Source of the DNA: Moniliella sp. 'wahieum'
Lineage: Eukaryota
DNA length: 64,000 nt
Reading direction: 5' to 3'
Assembly: GCA_003971905.1 (NCBI GenBank)
Contig: RSEE01000043.1
Location: forward strand, 1-64,000
Part shown: one piece after another, positions 52,044 through 64,000 of the stretch
How positions within the stretch are numbered: the stretch's first letter is position 1
How the letters are laid out: the number at the start of each line of letters is the position of its first letter
Program-made: the position numbers and the translations under genes
The notes under the pieces: generated by a model
What the model was told of the DNA's origin: nothing
Databases searched by the model: none
Seen by the model: the letters and a program-made list of their open reading frames with translations, nothing else

Positions 52044-53250
52044 TCAGAACATCATCGTCTCCCGTTGCACCAATCGTGGCACCCGACGGAGGGCTGGGTC
52101 GTCCTTGGCGCCCGCCCAAAGATAACCATCCAACTCGGCCTCGGTCATAGAGGCCATCCAGGCGAGAGAGGGGGTCTCTTGGCCAATTGGTGCGCCCGCG
52201 CCACCATCCTCGCCCCGCTTCAAGCGAGGCTGCACGGACCCGGTACCCATCTTGAGCCGACAACACTGGTCCCGGCTCCACTTTCTTCCCTTCTGCACCA
52301 GGAGGATCGACATAGGGCTTCCAGTTGTGAAGGCTGGGCAAGGGGCACGCAGTCAAGTCCACCACACCAGCTTGGTGCAGCATGGTGGGAATCACGTTGT
52401 CCACAAACATGGGCAGCAGCTTGGTGGGGGGCAGATGACAGGAAAAGTCGGATCGGGAACAAATTTGGTGGACAAAGTGTACAAGAGGAAAAAGATTCTT
52501 GGCCAACGCCACCTGGCAGCCATCCACCTCGGCTCGGTCGGCAAAGCCTGGAAGGGAAAAGAGAGTGTATACGGTCACATCCAAGCCTGCCAAGTCGGCC
52601 TCGTCTTGCCCTGCCTCTTGCCCGGACTTCTTTGCCCTTGCAATGGCCAAGCTACGCGCCTCGTCGCCCCTGCGAAGTGCATGGAGGACAAAGGCACCCA
52701 AATCGGAAAAGCCCTGCGATTGCAATTGCTTTCCCGTCTCGTTGCATGTTGCCACAAGTAGGTCCACCGGCTCCACCATGGGGCTCGTCCGCTCCCCCAC
52801 CATGATCCCCGGCAGGGTCGGGTGTGGGGTTTCCCGCATGAGGTTAACGTTCCAGATTCTGCTCACGTCCTGGGACGTGAGGGATGCCAAGCCATGAGCA
52901 GAGAGGCGGGAGGCCCCCTCGGGCGCCGCATCCAGGTACAGTCCCACCAGAAGACGAAGGATGTTGTCGTACACGCCTGCGCCCGTGGCGGCATGGAACT
53001 CGGCGCGGTAGCCCGACAGTCCATTGAGCAAGGCCAGTACAGAGAGAAGTTGATTTCATCGGCGATCGAGTCAAAAGAGGGGGAAGAGGATTCCGTGTGT
53101 TTGGCTCAGACGTTCGAACTAGCTTGGTCGATGGTACGCAACACGTTGTCCATCTGGGCCTCATCCAACACAATCCGCTCGCTTCCGTAGCGCAGAACAC
53201 GAAGCCCTCAGCTCCGCTACTGTGTTTTCCTTGGGTGGGAAGGTACTCAT
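52044..53250 (-). CDS. Queuosine salvage protein (QNG1/DUF2419)-like, divergent; indels
   Basis: LPGFADRAEVDGCQVALAK, LPMFVDNVIPTMLHQAGVV, YRVRAASLEA, AELDGYLWAGAKD...R..RETMMF* parallel the DUF2419 pattern (FPxFxD...FxD..P..L...RA...D.YLW...T..Y). Confidence 0.7.
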
Positions 53251-53499
53251 CTCGTCTCCAGTTGCCGACAAGGACGGTGGTGTTGTGGCTCTTGGGAAGT
53301 GTAGAATGCAGGGAAACTTATCCTCTGAGGGACAGAAGGCCGACGTCAGCGCGTAAAGTTTCAATTATGTCCGAATCTCAGTATTTCACAGGCACAAGCC
53401 GAAAGCTGGGGCCAAGTCCTGGCCAAGTTCCAGACAAAGAAAGCCGTGTATCGATGGGACGTTCTCCGATCTCAGATCTCACTCACATGACTCATGGCT

Positions 53500-55289
53500 T
53501 ACTCTCTACAAAAAACGTGCACCTCACGGAAAGGAGGAGTTGGTCTAACAACCGTGAGGGACGAGCCAATGAAGCCAAACATGGAGGTAGGTAGATGCAC
53601 AATCGCGGCCGGAAAGGCGTCGGCTGTCAGAGGGTGGGAGCCAGCGAAGGAGGAGGCGCAACCTAACCACAGAAGACTTGGGCAGCTCGGAAGGGTAAGG
53701 CGGTGTAGAGATGGAGCCTCCCGAAGAAGAGGTCAAACGGGCCAAGACCATGCTTCCTAAGGGACTCGGTGATCTCCCACGCCCGGACCGAGGCCACGGA
53801 TAAAGCGAATCGGATAGGCCATGGGTCAACTCGTTAGACCCCAAGAACGTAGATTCCACCCGTGAACGTCGTGGTGGGCGCCTCGTTGATCAAAGTGACA
53901 TGTGACGCGGACAATCCGCTTCCCATGCTCTCCGAGCTCTTCGGAGAAGGAGGGACACTACGTTGGGCCTCACGCTCAGCCGCGTCACAAAGCGGTCATC
54001 ACGAGTGATGCCTCGGGCCGCAGCACGCTGAGCATCTGCCGCTGCGCCTGTCGCCCCCGCCGGCGGCTCGCGCGGGCATCGGGCTCATCTTCGAGAGGGG
54101 TAAGGGCGGATGCCAAGGGGTATTCAGCAGCCAGCGGGGCGAGGGCAGGATGTGCGCACCCATGTGACGCTCGAACCCAGGGCCAGGAAGACCGCATCAC
54201 GTCACTTCTTCTACAGAGGATGTGGAGGAATTTTCGAGGCGGAGGGTAATGCCTTGGAGCTTGCCTCTAATGGGGTGGCTGTGGTACTGGGCCGCAAGCG
54301 GATGGTGCCGTTCTCGGTGTCGTGGCCCAGTTGGTCCTCGATGGGCAGAGGCTCGACTTGCTGTTGATATGTCGTCTCGTACAAGGTGTCGAGAGATGTG
54401 TGGGTGGACCACTCCATAGTTTGTTCGGTGCCATTCTACCAATCGGGCCTGCCTTTCCGGCAGGGGTTGTCGCCAAAACGTATTGGTTGACTCGGGGTCA
54501 AAGGCGGCCGTTGACAAAGGGACTGTCATCCGAAAGGAACAATAGCCGGCGACGGTAGATCGTCTCGATTTGCGCCCCCGGAAAAAGGGAATGAAGATGA
54601 CACGAAATCTCTGCTCCACTTTGGCCGCACCAACGACGGCAAGGCGGGCGTTAGGCTTCAACAATGGCTGCAATGCCCGCAAGCGGGTAGATAATTGCCT
54701 GAATGAACAATGGGGGGACTTTGCTCGCCTGCTCCGCGCTGTACAGCTGAGACCAGGGTGGTGGGACTGAGGGCGTGCCCCCCACAGCTACCGAAATGTT
54801 ACGCCGTCAAGATGCGGCAAGCCCGAAGGGTACCTACATCCACAGCAAAGATACGTCCCTCCTCCGGAGTCCAGAGGTGTGACGAGCTGAACGCGATGGC
54901 CAAACGAATGGTATCCGGAGGCGACTCGGCCCGCATACGACGTGCACACCACGCTAAATACGCAGACCACTCACGCCGGGATGGAACGGAATCGGAACGA
55001 TTGATGTACGAGGCGAGACGACCTTGGCTAAAAAGATAGTTGTAGTAGGTAAAGCTCGAAGTAGGGTCGCGCAGCATGGCCATGTCTTGAGCGGGCTGAC
55101 TTGGAGCCTCGCACCGGGAAGCAGGAGAGATGTATGCCAGCGAAACTCGGGATTAGCCTCGAGAAAGGCGATCTTACCCGAGGGTAGCATCCCGCCCGCA
55201 TTCTCGCGCAGCGACACGGCGAGCGAAAGATGGGCCGGGCCAAAGCCAACACCGACAAACTCGAGGATGGGCGACTGTGGGATGGACAT
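53500..55289 (-). CDS. sid1: L-ornithine N5-monooxygenase (siderophore biosynthesis, Sid1/SidA); indels; 3' end approximate
   Basis: FAD motif VGVGFGPAHLSLAVSL, FRWHTSLLLPGARLQVSPLKD..LRDPTSSFTYYNYL..GRLASYIN...PSRREWSAYLAW, LAVVGA, AAFDPE, RTNYGVV, LGSNELTHGLSDSL; closely resembles Ustilago Sid1 as I recall it. Confidence 0.93.
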
Positions 55290-56893
55290 GGCGCGGCCTT
55301 TTGGTGGAGCAGATGACAATGACGCTTACTGAGCAGTGGCGCGGGAAGGATACTGATGCCTATACCGTAGTGGTTGTTGTGCTTGTCCCTGCAACACAAG
55401 AACAGGGGGCTGGCAGGGGTGCCTTTAAAGAAACACCCATACACCCCCCTGTCGCGGTAGCGCAAGGGCACGGTGTCGCGTTTCCACACTGCCGGCGTTC
55501 ATCTCACGTGCTTGCGGTCTCAACTATACTCAGATCTCTTAACGCTTCGCTCTCGACTCTTTGCGCAATCGCGCCGGCTTCAAGCTCAGTGCAGTCGTAA
55601 GCTTCAAATAAGCTTCAAGCTTCAAGGGAAAACATTCAGTGGCCCCAGTGACTAGCTGATGGTCTGATCCAGCGTGCGCGGGCACAAGCAAAAGGGTGTG
55701 CTGTGTGCTGGTCAACCGCTGAAATTTGAAAGGAAGCGCTCGACCAACATGGTGTGTGGAGGCCTGATTGCAACGGTCTCGTGTCTGGTGCAACACCACC
55801 ATCTGGAATGGCCTCATGATGCATGATGCATGATCTCATCGCCCCATGTCGTCGATGATCTCGATGATCGATGATCTTGGATCTTACGACACTGTCTTTC
55901 TGCTACTCGGTCCCCTGTATTCTCAGAGGGCACATGCACATGGCGGTGCGCCTGGGTGTGCTTGCTTTCATTTGGCCGCTATCGTTGGCACATGTGTAAG
56001 TGTTGCAACATGTAATGTGTAGGTGTAGGTACAGCGGATATAGGTCAAAGCCGAACGCGACAGCAATTGAGGACTGTGTGGTGCACCAAGCGGGTAATAA
56101 AGCGCACCCTTTGGGTTGCCAAATTTCAAAACTCAATTCCGACTCTTGAAGCTGAAGCTAGAAGCCTGAAGCTTGAAGCATGATGCATGACTACATGACA
56201 GCCGGTTCATCGATGATTTGCTTTGCTGTCCCTGTCACATGTCACATTCACATGCGACTTGTCACCTACACGTCACCGTCACCACCGGCCACCTCTCCAA
56301 GCTCCGTATCTGGGTTCGCATTCAAGGTACGCTCGTACTCAACGTCCAACCGTTTAACTTGGAACTGAACAATACAGTCATCGGTCGTCTTCGGCTGGCA
56401 CGTGGCATCAGCCGATTTTTAAGAGAGCCACCATCCACGCGCTCCAACTTCACGCCCAAAGCAAGCTTCCGGGCCCCACACTCCATCCATTGGTTCGTCT
56501 CGTCTCCTACACTCACCCCCCTCCTCCTCCTTGTACGTCCGCGCTTCATCGTTGGACTGCCGCTCTCGTCTCCTGCTCGCCCGAACGATAGCGGAAAACG
56601 CTGACCAGTCGTCCTATCAGATCCACAACAGGAGACCTAGTGAGCCCAGGTGATCTCATCGATCTCATCAGATCTCTCCAGATCACCTCTTGCTGGCCAT
56701 CATCTCTCCGCCAGGCCCTCAAGCCTCGGACCTTGCCTGAAATCAGTGTAGCAGGCCCGTCTTGGTATCCTTCCTACAACTGCCTCAACCCTCTCCAATA
56801 ACCTCTGTCCCGCCGATCCCAGCTCCACCGGCTCCGCATTAGCTCAGTCAGGACGGCCCAACACAACCAACATCATCAATTCATCCATCATCA

Positions 56894-58406
56894 TTGGTCA
56901 TACCTGCCACCAACGCTGCACTGAGCTTCTCACGCCCCTGCTCAATCCCCACCAGTCAGCATGAACGTCTTTCACCCAAACTCGGGATTGTTCTCTCTCT
57001 CGCCTCCTCCACCGACCCAGCAGGACGGCATGGTCCGGATGATCATGTTGATTGGACCCGGCTGAGCAAGCCGTTGATCTTGCCTGCGCCCTATACCGTA
57101 TCCAAGTTAAGCATTCAAGCCACGTTCGTTAATAGCAAGTCGCTTACCGGCCCCAATGATTCAATTGCGCGTCTTACCTTCAAGGCGGATGCACCTGGCG
57201 AACTCGACCCTTGTTTCGATGAGCCAATCGAGTTTCATGCTCCACCGCCCCATCCTTCCTTCTAGATACCATGCAAGAGCTTTCGCTGAACACCCCGCGC
57301 ACCGGCCGAGTCGTTGTGGGGGTCCATCGCGGTTACCTCTGTTGATGACAATGCGCACCAAAAGAACGGGGCAGTTCTCTTTTGCACGCTGAGGAGTAAC
57401 AAATTGTGGGCAATGCTGCTCCTCTATTTTGAAACCTTCCCAGGTGCCGAAGGAGTGAAGGTAATCCGCTCTTTGGGAACGAAGAGTCCGAATACCGAGG
57501 TGCGATGGTCATTTGGCCTCAGTCTCCCCGCCTACTGGTGTGACAAGACACTCTCTGCAGTCGTGGCGATTACTCGCGACGAGTTTTGGGTTTCCTCTCC
57601 GCCAACTTGCCCGCACCTTTCCCCCTGGGTTCCCCTCCCTCGGCCTCTGAGCCACTGGCATCGCCGAAGCCATCTCCAGGTACATTGGTGTACCAGCGTT
57701 ACTTTCCCGCCCTGTCCAAGATCCTCCGCTACCGCCTGATTGATGATGGTCCGGCCCCGGGTCCTCCAGGTGGGCTGGACAAGGGCATCCTCCCTTTTGA
57801 TGGGGAAAGCGCCGATGCGAGCGGCTCGTTTGGTGGCGACGTACCGCTGTTTGGCAAGTGGCAGAACTCAGAGCGGGTCAACTCTGGCTGGCGGCAGCGT
57901 GGTCCGCTTCGCGAACATTGGGACTTTGTCCATGAATGTGTCGACGACGAGCATCGGTGGGGCTTGATTGGGACATGGGAGAACGTCGGGACCGGGTCCG
58001 GAACCGAGGCCGAAAGTGTGGGTGGTGAAGAGCCATGGGGTACGTCGAGCTCTATTGGCCCGCCTTTTCCAATATTGCCCGATGGGCTCAGCCATCCGAT
58101 CTAGGTCTCCATGCTTTGGTGGGCAACGAGAAGTTCCGTGGACCCGGATTTGTGCGAAGCTGGATGGGAGCGGCGGTCCATCTCGCCTTCTTGTTGTCGC
58201 CTGGGGCGCAGCGCTGTCTCTCCGAACCCCGGGCGAGCAACACAAAGATGGTAGGCTACGAATGTCTCGTGGGCGGCCAGGTGGAACGTCTGATTGACTT
58301 GGGTCACAAACGCTCGGCGCTTGTGGTCTGGCAGCGCGACGGGTTTTTCCAGCTGTGCCCCATGGGCCCCTGGCTCAGCACGTGGTGGGTAGCTGATTGT
58401 GCTTGA
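56894..58406 (+). CDS. N5-hydroxyornithine acyl/acetyltransferase (SidL/SidF/Fer5/IucB-type GNAT); indels; start approximate
   Basis: PGTLVYQRYFP, WQNSERVNSGW, PWGYVELYW, DLGLHALVGNEKFRG..FVRSW...HLAFL..P..RCLSEPRASNTKM, IDLGHKRSAL...RDGFF. Confidence 0.88.
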
Positions 58407-59475
58407 TCGAAAGACTAGCAAGTGAACGCAGCATCTCTCTTGAGACTGAAGGCAGGGGGCGTTGAATAGAGAGATGGAAGTGAGTTGGCAAGTTGGTGGA
58501 TGTGCGGTGGTATGCAGGGTCCATAGTAATGCTGTACGCTCATTGAACTCATCGGCACAAGGTCGTGCGAAACACGCTCGGATGTACTCTCTCTTCGCGT
58601 AGCCACGCGTGTGAGGGCATGACATCATGATGAACCGTGAACGTTGAACATTCAACTTAGCGCCACCGGCTTAATGTTGGCTGGGCAAAACGGTACACAC
58701 ATGGCTGCTATGGCTTGGCCACGTGTGAACCACTTCTTTTGCGAACACCAACTGTTGCGCCCCGTGTCCCAACGCAAAGGCGACCGGAGCGAAGATCCTG
58801 AGTTGTCAATCCCACTGTGCTGAACACTTCGCACCACGTGCTACACGCTCTTGGCGCGCGCTCAGCTGTCTCTCTCCCCTGCCTCCTCCTGCTGTCACGA
58901 GAGAGCGCCGGCGACATGGCATCGCTATCATGGCGACAAAGAGATGTCACGTCACATGCGAGGTAGCAAAGCCTCAACGCCTCGGCTCCTCTCCCTCGGT
59001 TCAATGTCATCGCTCGTATCCCCGACGCTCGTCCGCCCACCATGTATACATGGGTGTGGGGCACTCGCAGAGACACACGAGGTGCTTGGGTATCGGGCAC
59101 GAGGTGCGTCCTCGGTCCCGGTCATCAAAGCTTCTTCGACGTCATCCTCCTCCCAGTACATCTCGTCGACGAGGTAAAGGCAGTGCCGTGGTTGCTAACG
59201 GCATGCTTCAGCAGCTTGTGGAAATGCTTTCGGCTAAGCATGTTTCCAATCGGCACACCATGCGGCGGCCGCATCTGCTCTCCCAACACCTATACACCTA
59301 GTGGGCAGACAACGCCGGCAGTACCGACAGCGGCGTGCACGCCCCCCCTGTTCATCCATATTAGGGCGAAGATTGCTACTTAAACCCCCCATCTGGTGGG
59401 CCCTCATTTTCCCCTCACCACCCCACTTCCCCACCTCTGCTCTCTCTCCACCCGCCCACGCTGTGCATTCATATC

Positions 59476-60817
59476 ATGCAGCTCACCAACTTCCTCGCCC
59501 TTTCGGCTGTGCTTGGCGCGCTGGCCGTGTCCGCTCAGCCCACCTCCCCCATGGGGCAGGAAGTCGCGATGAAGCGCGGCCCTCGTGGTAACCTTCTTGA
59601 CTCGAACGGCCATGTGTCGTACGAGAAGATTGCCAAGGAGGTCGACCATCTGCGGTCCAAGTATGTCCGCAACATGAAGAACTACGAGGCCAACACCGGC
59701 TCCAAGCATGCGATGGACGCTCTCCATCTGCTCTCCCCTGCCCAGCGTCGCGGCACGGCACCGTGTCTCTCACTGACACGCAGAACCAGGAGCTGTGGTC
59801 GGTAACATTGGCTTCGGCACGCCTGTGCAGCAGATTCCCATTGGTATGTTCTTCTCCTGTCTTCTTTTTTCTGGGTGTTTACTAACTTTGCAATTGAGCG
59901 CTACAGACTTTGACACGGGTTCGTCTGACACGCTCGTCAACCCGTCCGCCTACACACCGTCCAAGTCGAGCACCTCGAAGGACACTCATACCACCTTCCA
60001 GGACTCGTACGGCGACGGCACCACGGCCTCGGGCGAGGTCTACTCTGACAACTTAGCATCGGTGGTCTGACCGCGAACACGGCGTACATTGGCCTCTCGC
60101 AACAGCAGTTCATCAGAACGAGGTACGAGCCAAGGCATCAGCGGTATGGCCTTCCCCTCCCTGGCCTCCTTCCAACAACTGAGCCCTACTTCTTCTCTCT
60201 CATCAAGGCCAACGCCGTGGATGCCAAGCGTTCCAGATGAAGCTTCGCAAGCAGGTTCCACCCTCACTCTGGATCGGCCAGCCAGGCGCTAGCTACACTC
60301 CTGTCACCGATGCCGCTTACTGGTCTGTCTCGGGTCGATCAGCCACGGTTCGTCGCATAACTCTACCTCGTCTTCCACTTCCGCAGACCCGTCGCCAGTT
60401 TTGGTTCAGGCTCGGGCTCGTATGGCAGTGGTTCGGGCTCCACTGGTGCTGGATCCGGCTCCGCAGGCTCTGGTAGCGGAGCCAGGTTAACGGCATCATT
60501 GACTCTGGCACGACCCTCATTGTTGCCCTACGAGCGATGCCCAGGCGCTTTTCTCCGCCATGGGGCTCAAGACATCGAACCAGCAGGCCAACTGACTGCG
60601 ACCTACCCCTGCTCGCAGCAGCCTGATTGAGCTTCACCTTTGGCGGTAAGACCATCCCTCTGGGCGACACCACTTCGTTTGGCACTGCTTCCGACGGCTC
60701 GTGCGTGTTCGCTGGTGGGTGCAGACGTTGGCCGCTCTGGCTGGATTGTGGTGACCCGCTCTTCCAACAGACCACAGTCACCTTGATGTTGGTGGCAAGC
60801 GCGTTGGCTTCAACTAA
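59476..60817 (+). CDS. Secreted pepsin-like (A1) aspartic protease; intron near 59824-59907; indels
   Basis: Signal peptide MQLTNFLALSAVLGALAVSA; propeptide; catalytic DFDTGSSD and IIDSGTTLI; flap SYGDGTTASG; C-terminal KRVGF. Confidence 0.93.
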
Positions 60818-61782
60818 GCTAAGCACAACCCTCTCCCTTCCAAAAGAGGGGGGGTGATCAATGATCGACTCCTATCGGCTGGACCCCCCCCTCTTTTATC
60901 TCATGCTCTCTCTTTCCTTCCACCTTGCTTATCGTCTCCTACGACAACATATTCATGTGGTTGTTTTTACTGCGGGCTCAAATATTCTTCGCCTCCCTCA
61001 CATATACTAATCATGCACACTCTAGCTTGAGACAGCTTGACCGCAGTTCTCTCTTTTCATGACTCCTCCGCGCACAACTATTGCCAGCACAAAAGTAAAC
61101 GTACTATACACCGGTAATATATATCCAAATCACAGCTCTTTCAGACATATTGGAGACCATTTACTAGAGGAGTGGCCCGTCATCATGACGAGAGTTATCA
61201 GCACAAAATTTGGAGGCGAAAGGATGTGGAAGGGACCCATTTCCCTACTCAAGTTCGGCACACGCTACTTGGGTGTCGACCCAAATGAGATGATGAGATA
61301 CAAGAGCGAAGAGTTTTTTATGCGCACATCACGTACTAGCGGGGGGGGAGAAAATATATACGAACAAAGAGTTTGTTATTACCACAGTCAGAGGGAGGCT
61401 CACACAGGTAATTCAGGCTGCGGATGTGGATGCATGGCCCTGAATCAGATGGTTGTTCGATGACTACAAAGACCCGGCAAGCGAGTTGTTTGGGGCGAAG
61501 GAACCGAAAGGCAATGCCAATGGGTCGATTCACGAGTGCGCTTATAGTGTGACATGGATCTGGCATTGCAGGCGTGAGTACTGTAATAGGGTTGCGCACA
61601 GCTGCGCTGTGGCTGGCTGTGGGCAGGAGGCGGCAGGGGGCAGTGTGTGGGGCGGGAGTCTGTGCCCCTGCCGCACTAGCAGTCGGCGCTAAGCATTTGG
61701 CGCTGCCCCCCACGCCTCTATCCCCGCCCGTGCCCACCGCCACCACCTCCAGCCTGCGACCATCGACGATCGACCATTGGCC

Positions 61783-63785
61783 ATGACCAGCCTCTGCCCA
61801 GCGACACGCCACCCCCCTGCCGCCTCTCCCCGCTCCGCGCTTCTCCCCGTTGCATCCTCCACCGTCCTGTCCTCCCCTGCCTCCACCTCCGCTGAGGACC
61901 GCTTCCGCTACCACCTCTCCCTCGAACTCCGCCGCCACGGCATCGAACCCACCCCGGCGCTTGTCGAGACAGCTCTGCGCACCCACGCCGCAAGCTTGGT
62001 ACATAGCCCCCGCTCGGCACCCCCCAGCAGTCCCCTCGACAAATCAGGCCCAAAGCTACGCCTTTTCCCAGCCCGACGAGAAGGCACCGCTGCCACTGTC
62101 TCAGCCGGCGTTGGCAACCCCAGCCCCGATGCCATCACCCGTAGCCCGCTCCCACCCCTTCTTGAATGGCACCATCCATTCCCAAGTCCTTTTCTTCCTG
62201 ACTTGGGCGAGAGTCAAATGGACTTGGAGCAGCATGGACAATGGGCTTGGGTCCAACATCTTCCATTCTTCACTTTGATCCCCTTTCCAGCAGGTCCTCC
62301 TCGTTCCCCCGAGCCTGAATCGAGTCGTAATGCGGATGAAGTGGCAGAACAGCCCAATCCTCCGCCATACAACATATTTCATTCCGTTACCCCCAAGACA
62401 GAAGACACAACGAGGAGGATATGGCCAGTTTTAGGTTCTACCAGGAACGTGACTCAAATGACTTTTGCCACAGGCCCGGAACCCATGTCGATCGACCTCA
62501 ACTGATTCAGATGAGCTTGGAGGAGCAAATCAATTTGGAATTACAGGTGCTTCAAGCGCTCCGGGAACAGACGATGCATACGCAGAATGCAGCCAACTAC
62601 ACGGCACCTGCCCCAGGTAATTCGACTTCCCCTACTCTCTTCAACCCCCTCTGTGACCATGAATACGAGACGAAAGTTGGTCCAGACAATCGTTCCACCC
62701 TCATTCCTTCTCGCCCTGGTCGAGGCACGCTGCTACCAATATGACTTCCCCTGGTATGAGAGGAATCCCGCCATCGATGGCCGCTTTGTCGGCTATAGAC
62801 CGACCGAGTGCGGAAGAATACAAGGCCATGTCATCCAAGGAAAAGCGGCAGCTACGCAACAAGATTTCTGCTCGCAACTTCCGTGAGCGAAGAAAGGAGT
62901 ACATTACTCACCTTGAAGATATTCTTGCGCAGCGGGACGCGGCAATTCAGCAGCTCCAGTCAATCAATGCTTCGTTGGTAGACGAAACCAGACACTGAAG
63001 GCGTTGCTAGTTCGGCACAATGTCGATCCTTCCTCTTTGTTGCCTGACACTCTTCGTACCTTCATGTCCCATTCTGGCTGGCCCACTATCTACGGTGCCT
63101 TCCGTCACCGCGGACTGTGCCCGTCACGCCCTCTCAACACCTTGACCGGCGCGCCTGCCAACAGGCAGTATGATGTGGTCAAGATTCTGACTTACTGCGC
63201 CGTACCAGGAAGCGTCCAAACACAGCTAGCATGTTGGAACCGCGTCGCTTATCACGTCAATTACCGGCAATGCAGACGGCGACCTTGTCTCAAGCTACAA
63301 CAACTACTCCCCCCCTTCCCACCCTCAACATCCCCACCTTGAGTTCCACTCCCTTCAATGCGTTCCGCTTGCTGGAGGCATCCTTGCCTCGTGGTCCGAC
63401 CCCATGGCCAGCCTCAAAGGATGACCTATCCTTCCTTCCACGTGCCCTCACCCGTGGAACCAACCTTTTTTTACCTCTTCCCAGGGCTCTTTCATCACCC
63501 CCAGCATGCAGGTGCATTCCATGTTTGCCCCACCGTTACCTCCGGGCCATTCGTCTTGACCAGGAAGCACAAACCCGACATCCTTGCCTCCTTGATCAGA
63601 CCTTTGATCATCAAGTCACTCTTGCTCGGCGACAGGCGGGGAAAATGTCCGAGGCCCATGCCCGGTCTGTTGCCTGCCACGCGGCAGCAGAGTGCATTGC
63701 AGATGCGATGGCCTGCCAAGAAGAGGGGGAGGAAGAGGGTTTGCCGTCGTATGCCCAGGCTCTGCGTTCACCCTTGTACAAGTAA
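61783..63785 (+). CDS. bZIP transcription factor; indels
   Basis: RPSAEEYKAMSSKEKRQLRNKISARNFRERRKEYITHLEDILAQRDAAIQQLQSINASL basic region plus zipper at about 62800-63000; flanking ORFs are low complexity, so boundaries are approximate. Confidence 0.85.
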
Positions 63786-64000
63786 CCCCATCGCATGTTC
63801 TCACCCCCCCCCCCTTCTCTCTCAGCTGTTCACCTGGGAGTAAGGCCTATATACCGATTTTTATGTGTCTTGTCCTTTTGTATCCGTCTCGTCTTTTCGC
63901 GCTCTACTTGAGCTTTCCTTGAGCACCATAATTTTGGCTCCGTTCTATAGTATGCCTAATGGTTGTTTCTTGTCACTAAAACAACCTTGGCTCTAACCGA

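Noticed and set aside
56614..56622. Urbs1/SreA-like iron GATA box ATCTGATAG (minus strand) in the sid1-acyltransferase promoter
   Set aside because: One mismatch to ATCWGATAA, single copy, and it coincides with the apparent acceptor of a 5' UTR intron (GTACGT at about 56533, CTGAC, CAG at 56620).
61783..63785. bZIP gene as HapX or a cluster-specific iron regulator
   Set aside because: No Hap4-like domain or Cys-rich clusters seen; the KEKRQLRNKISARNFR basic region belongs to a different bZIP group.

Overview
Eukaryotic, GC-rich, gene-dense fungal DNA. It is most likely a basidiomycete of the Ustilaginomycotina; this is inferred from the Ustilago Sid1-like monooxygenase, GT-AG introns with CTAAC/CTGAC branch sites and many intron-poor genes. 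About 22 protein genes are recognisable: LAT1, HMT1, a yippee-domain protein, a UEV-less VPS23, homocysteine S-methyltransferase, DUF726/MIL1, a Pho85-type cyclin, PEX39, LST8, SAH1, ASK1, a very large low-complexity protein, Maf, RSM25, CSN12, GLN1, a QNG1/DUF2419-like protein, sid1 head-to-head with a hydroxyornithine acyltransferase, a secreted aspartic protease and a bZIP factor. Almost every CDS, including essential ones, carries 1-bp indels, so the assembly is probably unpolished long-read sequence and gene boundaries are approximate. The most unusual signal is in the non-coding DNA: it carries many tandem arrays with a strict 7-bp period, each made of a 6-bp A..T palindrome plus one spacer base. 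At least ten different palindromes follow this grammar and morph into each other, most densely at 34.7-35.2 kb. Other points of interest are an NRPS-free two-gene hydroxamate module, a Vps23 lacking its ubiquitin-binding domain, PEX39 and a divergent QNG1 paralogue. I saw no rRNA, tRNA, CRISPR array or recognisable transposon. All protein identities come from motif recognition by eye; no database search was run.
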